64,000 nt of DNA from Candidatus Shapirobacteria bacterium (GTDB lineage Bacteria > Patescibacteriota > Microgenomatia > UBA12405), in assembly GCA_041659325.1 (NCBI GenBank), contig JBAZYN010000001.1, forward strand, positions 238,819-302,818, read 5' to 3'. The notes beneath the pieces were generated by a model. That model searched no databases. It saw only the letters and a list, made by a program, of their open reading frames with translations, and was not told where the DNA came from. The position numbers and the translations under genes are program-made. Below are positions 48,810 through 59,414 of the stretch, one piece after another; position 1 is the first letter of the stretch; every line of letters begins with the position of its first letter.

Positions 48810-50477
48810 TTATTCAATCGTAATTATACTCGCAGTGTCATAAAGTACGTTTTTGATTTTTTTAATTTTTGCTCCGGGAATCATCTCAATCTCAGAAACG
48901 TGGACATCAGAAGACGTCCAAAAAGCCACATTTCTTAAATTTTTATCAACCGGCCAATCAACTTTTCGAAAAATATATTTATCGAAATTAAAGTTGAGAT
49001 TTCCACATACTCCCGGTTTTGGCCTCAAATAAGAAAAACTTTGAAAAGTTGTCGGGTCGAACTGCTGATAAAACAACAGGAAAATGTAGCTCTGTGCGTG
49101 TGGGCTATCAATTATTATCTGATCATATTTATCCTGAATACTCTCCAAATAAGGCATACCTTCTTTATATCCACCCGGCTGGTATGTACCATTATTTTCA
49201 TAGGATGAATACAGCAGCTCATTATTAATTGTATATATTATTGATACCGCTATTATCGTAACAAAGCCAACCAACAACCCTTTTTTAACATTAGGGGACT
49301 CTACTATACTATTTATGCTCCTAAATACCTGATACACCCCTAGGGCAACAATAATCTCCAGAGCAGGATAAATATTTAAAGACCGCAACGGGTGGTACCA
49401 ATTCCATGTCGCCGCCGCCGGAGCAATCCCGGCTACTATCCAGTAAATTAAAAATCGTAAATTGAAAGATCTTAAAATTCTTTTTATTAAATACAGAAAA
49501 CCAAAAATAAAAAATATGCCCTCTAACCAACCAAGCATCCCCATACCCACAATAAACATTGGTGACATTTCCACCCACTTAAAAATCCTCTCATTTAGAT
49601 TAATAGGGGAAACATATGAAAAAATATGACCACTTATGATCCCGCCCAAATAATATAGGGAGCTTATCGGATTGGTTATCTCATTCGGTGCATATGGATA
49701 AAACCTGGAGAAAACATTTTCTTGCTTAAATCTTGTTAATACATTTCCACCGGTGTTGGCCAATAAAATAGGGACACAAAGAATTACCAGGCCGACAAGT
49801 GGTAACACTTTTTGATAATTTTTATTTATGTATTTCGATAACTCTTTTAATAAATTCTTTTTTAAAACTAGTTTTATGGGGTCCAGTGCCCAAAAGACCA
49901 AAAACATCGGCGCGCTAAGCCGGGCGGAGTGGTAACTATAAATAGAAAGTGCAAAAAACACCGTCGACCAAAAAACTTTAATTTTACTTTTTGTATTAAT
50001 TAAAAACCAGCATCCGGCAATAAAAAAAGCTGCCGACAAATTAGCCTCAAAAGCAGTTCGGGAAAAATGAATTCGCCAAGGTTGAAAAGACAATATTGCA
50101 AAAGTCAACAACAATAAATTTTTATTCCGAATAAATGTTTTCAAAAACAGAAACAAAAATACCAAAGATACTACGCCTACCACTGCCGATACCATCCTTA
50201 CCGCAGAATCATTTAACTCACCAAAATATATAAATGGAATTGTTAGATAAGAGTATAAAGCCGGTTTAAAATCATTAAATGACCTCAAAGACAATGGTAG
50301 TAGATTCCCATACTCATCCTTACCGGTCTTCAGCAAACTATAAGCGTTGTACCCCAAAGCCGCTTCATCATAACCCAATGATGCCGGAGATTTATCTAGA
50401 CCGACAAATCGAACAAACGCTGCCGCTAGTAGAATAATTGACACAAAAATAATTAAAAAAGATTTTCGGCTTATCAC
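48810..50477 (-). CDS. GT-C glycosyltransferase (DE type)
   Basis: YDEAALGYNAYSLLKTGKDEYG, SFNDFKP, FSRTAFEAN, YHSAR. Confidence 0.87.
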   Translation of the reverse strand: MISRKSFLIIFVSIILLAAAFVRFVGLDKSPASLGYDEAALGYNAYSLLKTGKDEYGNLLPLSLRSFNDFKPALYSYLTIPFIYFGELNDSAVRMVSAVVGVVSLVFLFLFLKTFIRNKNLLLLTFAILSFQPWRIHFSRTAFEANLSAAFFIAGCWFLINTKSKIKVFWSTVFFALSIYSYHSARLSAPMFLVFWALDPIKLVLKKNLLKELSKYINKNYQKVLPLVGLVILCVPILLANTGGNVLTRFKQENVFSRFYPYAPNEITNPISSLYYLGGIISGHIFSYVSPINLNERIFKWVEMSPMFIVGMGMLGWLEGIFFIFGFLYLIKRILRSFNLRFLIYWIVAGIAPAAATWNWYHPLRSLNIYPALEIIVALGVYQVFRSINSIVESPNVKKGLLVGFVTIIAVSIIYTINNELLYSSYENNGTYQPGGYKEGMPYLESIQDKYDQIIIDSPHAQSYIFLLFYQQFDPTTFQSFSYLRPKPGVCGNLNFNFDKYIFRKVDWPVDKNLRNVAFWTSSDVHVSEIEMIPGAKIKKIKNVLYDTASIITIE

Positions 50478-51850
50478 TACCTGATGGCTAAACCTATATC
50501 ATTGCCATACTGATTAGCAATCGTGTCCCTCAATCGTTTATGCGCCATAAAACTCCACCCCTGGTTCTGAGCAATTTCTTTCCAATTCTCATCAATATCA
50601 TTGTTAAATTTCGGCCCGACGAACTCACCTGCAAATCCGGCATAAATACTATTCCCAACCAAAATATCGCTTTTCGCATTAAAATTATTAAAGATAATAT
50701 TTGGTTGATCGCACTTCTCTCCCAGATAAAACCGACAATAAGCTTTCGTGTTTCCGATTAGTGTAGTAACCTGAATCCTCGAGTACAAAGATATATCCAC
50801 TGCTCGTAAATTTTCAAACCAAAATTGATATGCCAAAGGTCTGTTGTCAAACCAATACTCTCTCCTGACCGTCATATCATAAAAATTAATCCCAAAACTG
50901 TATATGGTTAAAATACCGAATGCTATCAAAAAAAATCCCGCCAATCCGTATCCTTTTATTCTCGAACTATCCAAATTAACCACCGCTTCCGATAATGTAA
51001 TAGATATTGGCAACATTATAAATACCATTCTCAGCCCCTTGTCGCCCGAATAACTCAAATAATCAATCAGAGAAATAATAAGACAAATAATCAAAAATTT
51101 TGTAGTCTGTTTATTCTTTATTTTCATCAAAAAATAAATTCCGAAAATGCACAAATATATTTCCGGCCAATAAAACATTACGATCGATTTTTGTTCCATC
51201 GGGTGAACTTCCTGAAAAAAAAGTGTTTCTACATCAAAAAATGGTAATATTTCTTTTATCACATTCCTGTAAATAAAAAAATATTTGTTGTAGCTCACTC
51301 GACGCAACCAAAGTGGCGTCATTATTCGAGGAGATAGGGTATCTTCACTCGATATCCTGATAGTAACTTCATCCTGCGCTCCCCCGAGAGACAGTTTTGA
51401 TAATATCGTAGGCCGATTGTTGAAAAGAATCAGATTGGCACCTAAAACCAATACAATTAGGCCCAGACCAATCGCTACAAATCTAACATTTTTTAGATAT
51501 ACGAAGAAAACATATAACGAGCCGATAATTACAAATAACTTTGCTACAATCAGCGGATGTATTAACCATAAAGCAAAAAAGGTTGGCGAAATCAGTACAA
51601 ATATGCACGACCACAAAACCACATTTTTAGAAATATATTTTGAGGCCAACTTATACCAAATCCAAAGATAACCACACGAGACTAAAAAAGTCCCAAACCG
51701 TAGCCCCCACAAGGACAAATCCCCGCCGATATTAAAAATATTTAATATTTTGAGCTGCTCTTCACCGGGGGGATAACTAATTTCTCTCGCTACAATAAAC
51801 TCGATCACCGTAATCAAAAGAAAAATAACCACTACCAACCATTTTTTCAT
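50477..51850 (-). CDS. Degenerate GT-C-like membrane protein
   Basis: ISP, R.SYNKY, D.E.LFF and a C-terminal domain resemble the DE-type paralogs; the DE..GYNAYS loop is absent. Confidence 0.62.
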   Translation of the reverse strand: MKKWLVVVIFLLITVIEFIVAREISYPPGEEQLKILNIFNIGGDLSLWGLRFGTFLVSCGYLWIWYKLASKYISKNVVLWSCIFVLISPTFFALWLIHPLIVAKLFVIIGSLYVFFVYLKNVRFVAIGLGLIVLVLGANLILFNNRPTILSKLSLGGAQDEVTIRISSEDTLSPRIMTPLWLRRVSYNKYFFIYRNVIKEILPFFDVETLFFQEVHPMEQKSIVMFYWPEIYLCIFGIYFLMKIKNKQTTKFLIICLIISLIDYLSYSGDKGLRMVFIMLPISITLSEAVVNLDSSRIKGYGLAGFFLIAFGILTIYSFGINFYDMTVRREYWFDNRPLAYQFWFENLRAVDISLYSRIQVTTLIGNTKAYCRFYLGEKCDQPNIIFNNFNAKSDILVGNSIYAGFAGEFVGPKFNNDIDENWKEIAQNQGWSFMAHKRLRDTIANQYGNDIGLAIR

Positions 51851-51879
51851 TAGCTTTAGTATAAAATATATGGTGTCAA

Positions 51880-53514
51880 ATGGAAACTAGGCGCCTTTAT
51901 CTTATATTTATCATTGTTTTAGCTTCATTTTTACGATTTGGGAAGCTCACCTCCCTTCCACCTTCATTATTCTCCGACGAAGTCGATGCCGGTTATCAGG
52001 CATTAACTTTCACCCAAAAACAAACTGACTATTTTGGTAACAAATTTCCTACTCATTTTCACTCGTTCTCTGACTGGCGCACCTCACTCCAAATATATTC
52101 AATCTCTATTTTTCAGAATATTACTAAAAACCACGAAATTTCAGTCCGCCTGCCCTCAGCATTTTTTGGAATTTTTTCAGTTTTTGTACTTTATTTGATA
52201 ACCAAGTCACTAATTCCGACGCTACTGCTTGCAATTTCGCCGTGGGCTATTCACTACAGCCGCACTGGTTTTGAAGTTTCCGGCATGGTTTTGGTAATTT
52301 TATTGGGAATTTATTTTTGGCAACAGTTTCTAAAAACAAATAAATATGTTTTCATTTTTCTTTCGGCCTTTTCTTTTTGTTTATCGCCATATTATTACAG
52401 CACGGCAAAACTTTTTTTACCAATCCTGGCCATTTTGATCTTCTTAATCTGGAAAAAAGAAATAATGAGAATCGGCGTTAAAAAATTATTTCCCGTGGTG
52501 TGTTTTTGTCTTCTGATTCTATCCCCGTTAATTTCTGACACTGTCTCCGGCCGTTCCGGATTTCGTTTCTCATACATCAGCATTTTTACGCAACCCCATC
52601 GGGAACAGGTTGTTGACTCACTCCGGTATCAGGACATTCTCATGGATCACCCAAACCAAATCGGCGTAAAAACACCCCTCCTGTCTTATGTCTTTCATAA
52701 CAAATTACAGATTCCGGCTAAACGATTTATGGAAAATTATATCTCCTCGTTTTCCACTGAATTTCTGATAATCAGGGGAGATGCTAATTCCCGTCATGGC
52801 TTCGGAGGCCACGGACTTATATACCTAATTGATTATTTCCTAATTTTAATCGGGATTTTCGCCACCTTTATCCCTAAAAATAAATTATCTCTCCTCTTCC
52901 TGGGATTATTGCTGACCTCTCCAATCCCCTATGCCCTGACGCGGGATTCAAATTCTCCTCATGCCACCAGACTAATTCTTATGCTGCCATCGATCATCTA
53001 TTTTACCTATCTTGGGATAAACCATTTACGTTCTCAAAACCGACATGTCTTCTACCTCCTGCTAACTTTATATCTACTATCCCTTATAAACTTTGGACAT
53101 TATTATTACTACCACTATCCTCAGGATAGCGCCCGATATTGGCACACCGGCATGAAAGAAGCCATTCTTGCTTCCAATTTTTACTGGGATAACCCCATTG
53201 TATTTTCCGACAGCTACGAACCTTTTCTTCCATTTTTTCTTTTTTACAAACCCCACGAGCTTGACTCAACATCTCTCACTACAAATTTGGTAGAAATTAA
53301 CAACCCCTCTTTTTCCGGTCAAAGCTTGGACAATACATATTATTTTGGGCATATAAATTGGTCAAATTTATCACAATTCCCAAGTAATTCAGTTTTTGTT
53401 GTACCAAAATCAGAATATGATGGACAAAATATTCAGAACACCGTTATTAAACAAGTTATAAATAAGCGATATCTAAACCAGGAAGAATTCTATTTAATCA
53501 CCTTTAACCAATGA
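51880..53514 (+). CDS. GT-C glycosyltransferase (DE type)
   Basis: SDEVDAGYQA, SFSDWR, SVRLPSA, SPW.IHYSR.GFE, GD.N.RH. Confidence 0.86.
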   Translation: METRRLYLIFIIVLASFLRFGKLTSLPPSLFSDEVDAGYQALTFTQKQTDYFGNKFPTHFHSFSDWRTSLQIYSISIFQNITKNHEISVRLPSAFFGIFSVFVLYLITKSLIPTLLLAISPWAIHYSRTGFEVSGMVLVILLGIYFWQQFLKTNKYVFIFLSAFSFCLSPYYYSTAKLFLPILAILIFLIWKKEIMRIGVKKLFPVVCFCLLILSPLISDTVSGRSGFRFSYISIFTQPHREQVVDSLRYQDILMDHPNQIGVKTPLLSYVFHNKLQIPAKRFMENYISSFSTEFLIIRGDANSRHGFGGHGLIYLIDYFLILIGIFATFIPKNKLSLLFLGLLLTSPIPYALTRDSNSPHATRLILMLPSIIYFTYLGINHLRSQNRHVFYLLLTLYLLSLINFGHYYYYHYPQDSARYWHTGMKEAILASNFYWDNPIVFSDSYEPFLPFFLFYKPHELDSTSLTTNLVEINNPSFSGQSLDNTYYFGHINWSNLSQFPSNSVFVVPKSEYDGQNIQNTVIKQVINKRYLNQEEFYLITFNQ

Positions 53515-55175
53515 AAAACCCGCTACCTTTCTTTAAAAATTATTTTTGGATTATCCTGGTAATTTCCATTAGTTTTTTTTCTTTTAATTCATTGCTAAAA
53601 AGTGGCTATATTCCCATGTATGACGACATGCAACCAATCAGACTTCAGCAACTTGATAAATGTATAAAGGATGGGCAAATACCTTGTCGCTGGACACCAG
53701 ATCTGGGTTATGGCTACGGTTATCCGCTCTTTATTTTCTATTCTCCCTTTGTGTATTATGTCATGGAGATTTTCCACCTTGTTGGGTTTTCAATCCTTAC
53801 TTCAATCAAAATTGGCTTTTTGCTTAGTTTTGTTTTTTCTGCTCTCACCATGTTTCTTTTGGGAAAAATACTTTGGGGAAACCTGGGCGGTCTTGTCTCT
53901 TCCGCTTTTTACATATACGCCCCTTTTCGGGCAACCGATGTTTATAGTCGTGGCGCGGTCAGTGAATTTTGGGCACTTGGATTTTTCCCTTTAATTCTTT
54001 GGTCAATTTTGAACTTTATTCAAAATCCCACCAAAAAAAGAAATAGCCTTTATCTTTCACTTTCGCTTGCCGGTCTTTTACTTACTCATAATTTATCCTC
54101 AATTGCTTTTGCCCCGGTAGCGATAACCTGGACCCTTGTCCTTCTTTCCTATTACAAAAAATGGCAAATTGTCCCTCGGTTGTTTTTAAGTGTTTTTATT
54201 GGCGCTTTATTGTCGGCGTTCTACATCGTCCCTCTGATAGTGGAAAAATCCCTTGTTCACCTTGACAGTATGACGTCGGGATACTTTAATTATCTAGCCC
54301 ATTTTACTTCGATAAGACAACTATTTTTCCGGGGCCACTGGGGTTTTGGCAGCAGCGAACTTGGTCCGTACGACGATGCCTCTTTTGGCATCGGAATTAT
54401 CCACTATCTTTCCCTAATCGTCACTATCGTGTTGTCTCTTAAAAATCAAATTTTTTCTAAAAACAATTTAGTTAAAATTACCCTTCTTTTTTTTACTTTT
54501 ATTTTCGCGTCTTCAATTTTTCTTACTCATTCAAAATCTTCTTTTGTCTGGCAAACATTCACTTTCTTAAAATATTTTCAATTCCCTTGGCGCTTTCTGA
54601 CCCTCTCGATCCTCTCGGGTTCAATTCTCGCCGGTTTCCCTATTTTTCTACTAAGAAAAAACAGTAAATCTGCCGTTTTCTACACAATATTTTTTATTTT
54701 TGTTGTAATCTATTTCAATGTTGGTTTTTTCAGACCATCAGAATATATCAAAATTGACGATCAACAAAAATTGTCGGGAAAAAGTTTAGAACGACAAGTT
54801 ACCGCCAGTATCTACGATTACCTTCCGATTTTTGCCCAAGCGCCTCCCTCAACCCCAGCTCCAAACCTACCCCAGATCATAAGTGGCAGTGCCCAAATAA
54901 TTAGTTACACCAAAGGCACTGATTGGCAAAAGGGAAGTATCATTTCCAATGAAAAAAGTACCATTCAACTTCCGGTATTTTACTATCCTGGCTTTAAATT
55001 ATGGCTCAATGGTCAACAAACAGACATTTCTTATGGTAATAATCTTGGGCTAATTACTTTTAATGTTCCGGCAGGGGAGAGCCAATTTTATCTCAAACTA
55101 ACTCGAACTCCGGATAGAATAATTGGCGATATTTTAACCATTATTGGTATACTAATCCTAATCTTTTATGTCTAA
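53511..55175 (+). CDS. GT-C-like membrane protein (YfhO/PTPS-related type)
   Basis: MYDDMQPIR, CIKDGQIPCRW, GYGYPLF, RGA.SE, THN, QFPWRFL, YYPG. Confidence 0.83.
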   Translation: MKNPLPFFKNYFWIILVISISFFSFNSLLKSGYIPMYDDMQPIRLQQLDKCIKDGQIPCRWTPDLGYGYGYPLFIFYSPFVYYVMEIFHLVGFSILTSIKIGFLLSFVFSALTMFLLGKILWGNLGGLVSSAFYIYAPFRATDVYSRGAVSEFWALGFFPLILWSILNFIQNPTKKRNSLYLSLSLAGLLLTHNLSSIAFAPVAITWTLVLLSYYKKWQIVPRLFLSVFIGALLSAFYIVPLIVEKSLVHLDSMTSGYFNYLAHFTSIRQLFFRGHWGFGSSELGPYDDASFGIGIIHYLSLIVTIVLSLKNQIFSKNNLVKITLLFFTFIFASSIFLTHSKSSFVWQTFTFLKYFQFPWRFLTLSILSGSILAGFPIFLLRKNSKSAVFYTIFFIFVVIYFNVGFFRPSEYIKIDDQQKLSGKSLERQVTASIYDYLPIFAQAPPSTPAPNLPQIISGSAQIISYTKGTDWQKGSIISNEKSTIQLPVFYYPGFKLWLNGQQTDISYGNNLGLITFNVPAGESQFYLKLTRTPDRIIGDILTIIGILILIFYV

Positions 55176-56178
55176 AATTAGACTAGTACTCTTTTTTTCC
55201 ACCTTGTTTATCATAGGATTTCATCTTCAATTTTCGGCCCCTTCACCCCAAATACTCCAACAAACCGAACAATGTTTCCAAGACGGCCAAATCCCTTGCC
55301 GTTTCCTCCCGAATGTGAACAATGGCTATGGTTATCCCTATTTTACAAGAGAGTCACCCTTTCCTTATTATTTATCCCTAGTCTTTCGAATTTTTGGATT
55401 AAATTATTCATTGAGTCTGGTTATCTCAACCGTTATCGTTTTAGCCGGAACCACCTACCTTCTCAAAAAAATATTGTTTCAAAAAAATCATCTCTTATCA
55501 ATCCTGGCCCCATTAGGTATCAGCCTATTGTTTTTTTACTTTTCAAATGTTTACTTTCTTTTGCCATTTTGTTTATTAATTATTTTCAATACTTCAAATC
55601 CTTTTCTAACCGCCTTAATGTTCGCCTTATTAATTATTTCTAGTTCAAAATTGACACTTGTTCCCTTAATTGTTTTTATAATTATTGTTTTAACACTTTT
55701 GTTTACCCAAAAAAAATCATTTTTGTTGTTGTCAATTTTTTTTGGGCTATTGCTTTCTTCTTTCCATTTGGGCCCAATGCTATTTGACAGATTACCACCA
55801 CTGTCCGGACTTACTTTCTTAAAAAGCTATTATCTTGAACCGTCTGTAGTTTACGGCCGGGCAAATATTTCCCAATACAAAAAAAGGACCAATTTTTGGC
55901 GATTTACGATAAATGTCCCCGCAAACCAATCTTCTGTTATCTCAGTTCCTATCGCTTATTATGATGGTTGGACCGTTCTGCTAAATCAAAAAAAAATAAA
56001 CCCTAACAATCCGGTACTGCTCCAACCCATTGAGTTAACTATTCCCCCGGGAAATCATACTGTAGCTGCCTTTCTTGAAGAAAGCAAAAACCATCTCTTT
56101 TTTAACTCTTTAAGTATAATCTCTTTTATCTCCATTTTTATTTTTACCTTTCCCAAGCATGATCCAAAAAATTCTTAA
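55168..56178 (+). CDS. Shortened/degenerate YfhO-type GT-C-like protein
   Basis: Keeps CFQDGQIPCRF..GYGYP and the C-terminal YY.GW domain; lacks DDMQ, RGA..E and QFPWRF. Confidence 0.68.
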   Translation: MSKIRLVLFFSTLFIIGFHLQFSAPSPQILQQTEQCFQDGQIPCRFLPNVNNGYGYPYFTRESPFPYYLSLVFRIFGLNYSLSLVISTVIVLAGTTYLLKKILFQKNHLLSILAPLGISLLFFYFSNVYFLLPFCLLIIFNTSNPFLTALMFALLIISSSKLTLVPLIVFIIIVLTLLFTQKKSFLLLSIFFGLLLSSFHLGPMLFDRLPPLSGLTFLKSYYLEPSVVYGRANISQYKKRTNFWRFTINVPANQSSVISVPIAYYDGWTVLLNQKKINPNNPVLLQPIELTIPPGNHTVAAFLEESKNHLFFNSLSIISFISIFIFTFPKHDPKNS

Positions 56179-57841
56179 AAACCACATATTTTGGATTATA
56201 ATTTTTATTGCTGCCCTTTGGCAGGGAAAATATCTTTTTAATTCGGGGTTTTATACTTTTTCAGACGAATCTCATATCGCCAATCTCCATCAAATGGTTC
56301 AAGCCTTAAAATCCGGCCAATTCCCTCCTCGTTGGGCCCCAAACTTCAGTTATAACTTCGGTCATCCATTTTTCATTTTTTATTATTTACTTCCGTCTTA
56401 TTTCGGTAGCTTTTTAAATATATTCTTAGGCCTAAGTCTAATTTGGTCACTGAAAATTACCTTTTTTATATCAACTTTGGGTTCAGGACTTGCTATGTAT
56501 TTTCTTTCCCGCCAATTTTTTACCAAAACCGTCTCAACCGCCGTGGCCCTAATTTATCTTTTTACCCCGTATCGGGCAGTAGACCTCTATGCCAGAGGTG
56601 CTGTCGGGGAATTGTTTGGCTTTCTTTTTATGCCTTTGGTTTTTTTAAGTTTTATTCTTCTGATAAAAAATAAAGATAAAAAATATTTTGCTTTTGCTGT
56701 ATTTTCACTTTTCTTTCTTATTATTTCCCACCAGTTAACATTGATTATATTTTTTCCGTTTCTTCTATTTTTGTCTATTACTTACATCTATTTTTACTAC
56801 CCACCCCAAAAAGCAAAATTTCCTTTTTTAAGAATATTTTGGGCCATTTTGCTCTCCTTTTGTCTCGCAACATATTACTTAATCCCGGCTATTTTTGAAA
56901 AAAAATACATGCAGGGGGGGACTCCTTTTAACCCCATAGATCATTTTCCATTCATAAAACAGTTAATAATTCCTTACTGGGGATACGGTGCCTCAGTTTG
57001 GGGCCCTACCGATCAACTTTCGTTTAATATCGGTATCGCCAATCTCATTGGAGTAATTTTAATTATTCCTTTTGCTATTTTCTCTCGCAATATTAAATAC
57101 AAGAGTGTCATCGTCAGTCTTTTATTATGTTTTTCTATCGCCGTTTTTATGATGAATATTCGTTCTTGGCCTCTTTGGCAGATTGTCCCCATTGCCTCGT
57201 ACATCCAATTTCCCTGGCGATTCCTAATTCTAACTACTTTTACCACTCCTCTACTAATTGGCTTCCTTTCTCTCAAAAAAAACTTCTCCTGGCTACCGAT
57301 AGTTCTGGCTGTGGTAGCTACAATCAGTACCGCAAACTATTTTCGGCCTCACAAAATTTTGAATGTTGACGATAACTATTTTTTAAATCGATTTTTTATA
57401 AATCAAAACACTCAACGCGATCCGTCTCTTATTTCCAGTGAATATCAATTAAACTCCGAAGATTACCTGCCATTGACCAACTGGACGATCAAGCGACCAA
57501 CAAGTCTTCTCTCAAAAATTGATGTTGCCCCCGAAGTCACTGTTTCAAATATAAAATATCTTTCAGAAATCTCGCTTAGTTTTACTGCCAAATCAGCAGC
57601 ACCAACAATAATTAAAATAAGTAACTACTATTATCCCGGTTGGCAAGCAAAAATTGATGGTCAGATTACTCCGGTTTTCCCGGTTGATGATACCGGTAGA
57701 ATTGGTATTAATATGTCTGCCGGTGAACACCAGGTTTTTCTCGAATTTAAAAACACACCTCTTCGTACTATCGCCGACGCGATTTCTCTTTTAACTATAG
57801 TATTTTTTGCTATCTATCTTGTCTATGAAAAACATTCATAA
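56159..57841 (+). CDS. GT-C-like membrane protein (YfhO/PTPS-related type)
   Basis: FSDESH, GQFPPRW, RGAVGE, SHQ, QFPWRFL, DYLP, YYPGW. Confidence 0.83.
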   Translation: MIQKILKNHIFWIIIFIAALWQGKYLFNSGFYTFSDESHIANLHQMVQALKSGQFPPRWAPNFSYNFGHPFFIFYYLLPSYFGSFLNIFLGLSLIWSLKITFFISTLGSGLAMYFLSRQFFTKTVSTAVALIYLFTPYRAVDLYARGAVGELFGFLFMPLVFLSFILLIKNKDKKYFAFAVFSLFFLIISHQLTLIIFFPFLLFLSITYIYFYYPPQKAKFPFLRIFWAILLSFCLATYYLIPAIFEKKYMQGGTPFNPIDHFPFIKQLIIPYWGYGASVWGPTDQLSFNIGIANLIGVILIIPFAIFSRNIKYKSVIVSLLLCFSIAVFMMNIRSWPLWQIVPIASYIQFPWRFLILTTFTTPLLIGFLSLKKNFSWLPIVLAVVATISTANYFRPHKILNVDDNYFLNRFFINQNTQRDPSLISSEYQLNSEDYLPLTNWTIKRPTSLLSKIDVAPEVTVSNIKYLSEISLSFTAKSAAPTIIKISNYYYPGWQAKIDGQITPVFPVDDTGRIGINMSAGEHQVFLEFKNTPLRTIADAISLLTIVFFAIYLVYEKHS

Positions 57842-59414
57842 GATAATATTCAGTCTAATAATTCTATTCTCCATATTTTTTCGCCTTTGGCATTTAGACT
57901 CTCTACCTTCCAGTCTAAACTGGGACGAAATATCCCATGGATATAATGCCTACTCACTTTTAAATACCGGAAAAGACCAGTGGGGGACTTCCTGGCCGAT
58001 TTTTAATTTTCGTGCTTACGGTGATTACCCCACCACCCTAAACATGTACTTAACCATACCGTTTGTCGCCCTACTTGACCCAAACGAATGGAGCGTCCGA
58101 CTTCCCTGTGCTATCGCCGGAATAATTTTCGTAATTCTTTCCTATTATCTCGGGTTGCTAATTTTCAAAGACAAAAACAAAGCTCTTTTACTAATGTTTT
58201 TGGTCGCCATCAGCCCTTGGACATTATTTCCCTCAAGAGCGGTTTTTCAATCCACTATCGCTTCAACTATAATGCTTGCCGGAATTGTTTTAATCATGTC
58301 CAAGTTCTCGATATGGGGTTTTGCTTTATTAATCCTCTCGATGTTTGCCTATCACAACACCAGAATTATAGCCCTACCACTGGGGTTGTCGGCCATATAT
58401 CTCTACGGCTTTAAAAATAAAAACAAGAAAAGCATCCTTTATCTAGCCATTTTTATCGCCGCGGCTATACCCTCCCTTGTTAATTTACTATCGCCGGGTT
58501 CCCGCGCCCGCAGTCAATGGGTGGGGATTCTTTCTCCGGCCGCGATCAATCAAATCAACGAAAATCGCCGGCTCTTCACCGGTCATCCGCCGCTAAACAG
58601 AATTATCAACAATAAAATTACCTATTTTGTTCCCCGGTTTTTTCAAAATTACCTCAATCTCTTTAACCCCGTCCCTTTATTTTTCACCGGGTCAAATCAA
58701 TTTCAATTTAATGTAGCCAACCACGGTTTACTCTTCACTGTTAGTCTGCCTTTTTTCTATCTTGGGTTAATAAAATTTTCAAAAAAAATAAAAGCCAATC
58801 GGCATTTTCAATTTATGGCTATTTGGTACCTTTTGGCCCTTCTCCCGGCTGCTTTAACTACCGGAGATTTTCCCACCATCCGAGCCGTCACCGTTTTACC
58901 CCTGCCCTTCATTTTAATAATCCTCGGGCTTGAATACCTTCCGAATATTATCCCGGTATTTACGATAATTATTATCATTCAATTTGCTCTCTATTGGCAA
59001 AAATATCAACAATATAATGTAAATTATTCGTCCTCTTGGCAATACGGTTATAAACAAGTCGTCGAATTTATCAAAGACAAATATCCTGAATATCAACAAA
59101 TTATTTTAACCAAAAAATATGGCGAACCACACGAATTTATCCTTTTTTACTGGCCATGGGATCCCGCGAATTTTCAAGATAGAAACCCGGTATGGAACTA
59201 CCATTCCTCGTGGTACTGGGTCGATGCTTTTGACAAATTTGTATTCATAAACGACTGGGAAATCAAAGAAAAAACCTCGAAATTAACCCAAAAAACTTTA
59301 CTTATCACCTCACCCGGAAACTACTATCCCGAAAACAGCCAAAAACTATCCACCATTAATTTTCTCAATGGTCAACCGGCGTTTGACATCATCACCTATG
59401 AATCTGAAAACTAA
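57825..59414 (+). CDS. GT-C glycosyltransferase (DE type)
   Basis: WDEISHGYNAYSLLNTGKDQWG, AYGDY, SVRLP, SPW, WQYGYK. Confidence 0.87.
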   Translation: MKNIHKIIFSLIILFSIFFRLWHLDSLPSSLNWDEISHGYNAYSLLNTGKDQWGTSWPIFNFRAYGDYPTTLNMYLTIPFVALLDPNEWSVRLPCAIAGIIFVILSYYLGLLIFKDKNKALLLMFLVAISPWTLFPSRAVFQSTIASTIMLAGIVLIMSKFSIWGFALLILSMFAYHNTRIIALPLGLSAIYLYGFKNKNKKSILYLAIFIAAAIPSLVNLLSPGSRARSQWVGILSPAAINQINENRRLFTGHPPLNRIINNKITYFVPRFFQNYLNLFNPVPLFFTGSNQFQFNVANHGLLFTVSLPFFYLGLIKFSKKIKANRHFQFMAIWYLLALLPAALTTGDFPTIRAVTVLPLPFILIILGLEYLPNIIPVFTIIIIIQFALYWQKYQQYNVNYSSSWQYGYKQVVEFIKDKYPEYQQIILTKKYGEPHEFILFYWPWDPANFQDRNPVWNYHSSWYWVDAFDKFVFINDWEIKEKTSKLTQKTLLITSPGNYYPENSQKLSTINFLNGQPAFDIITYESEN

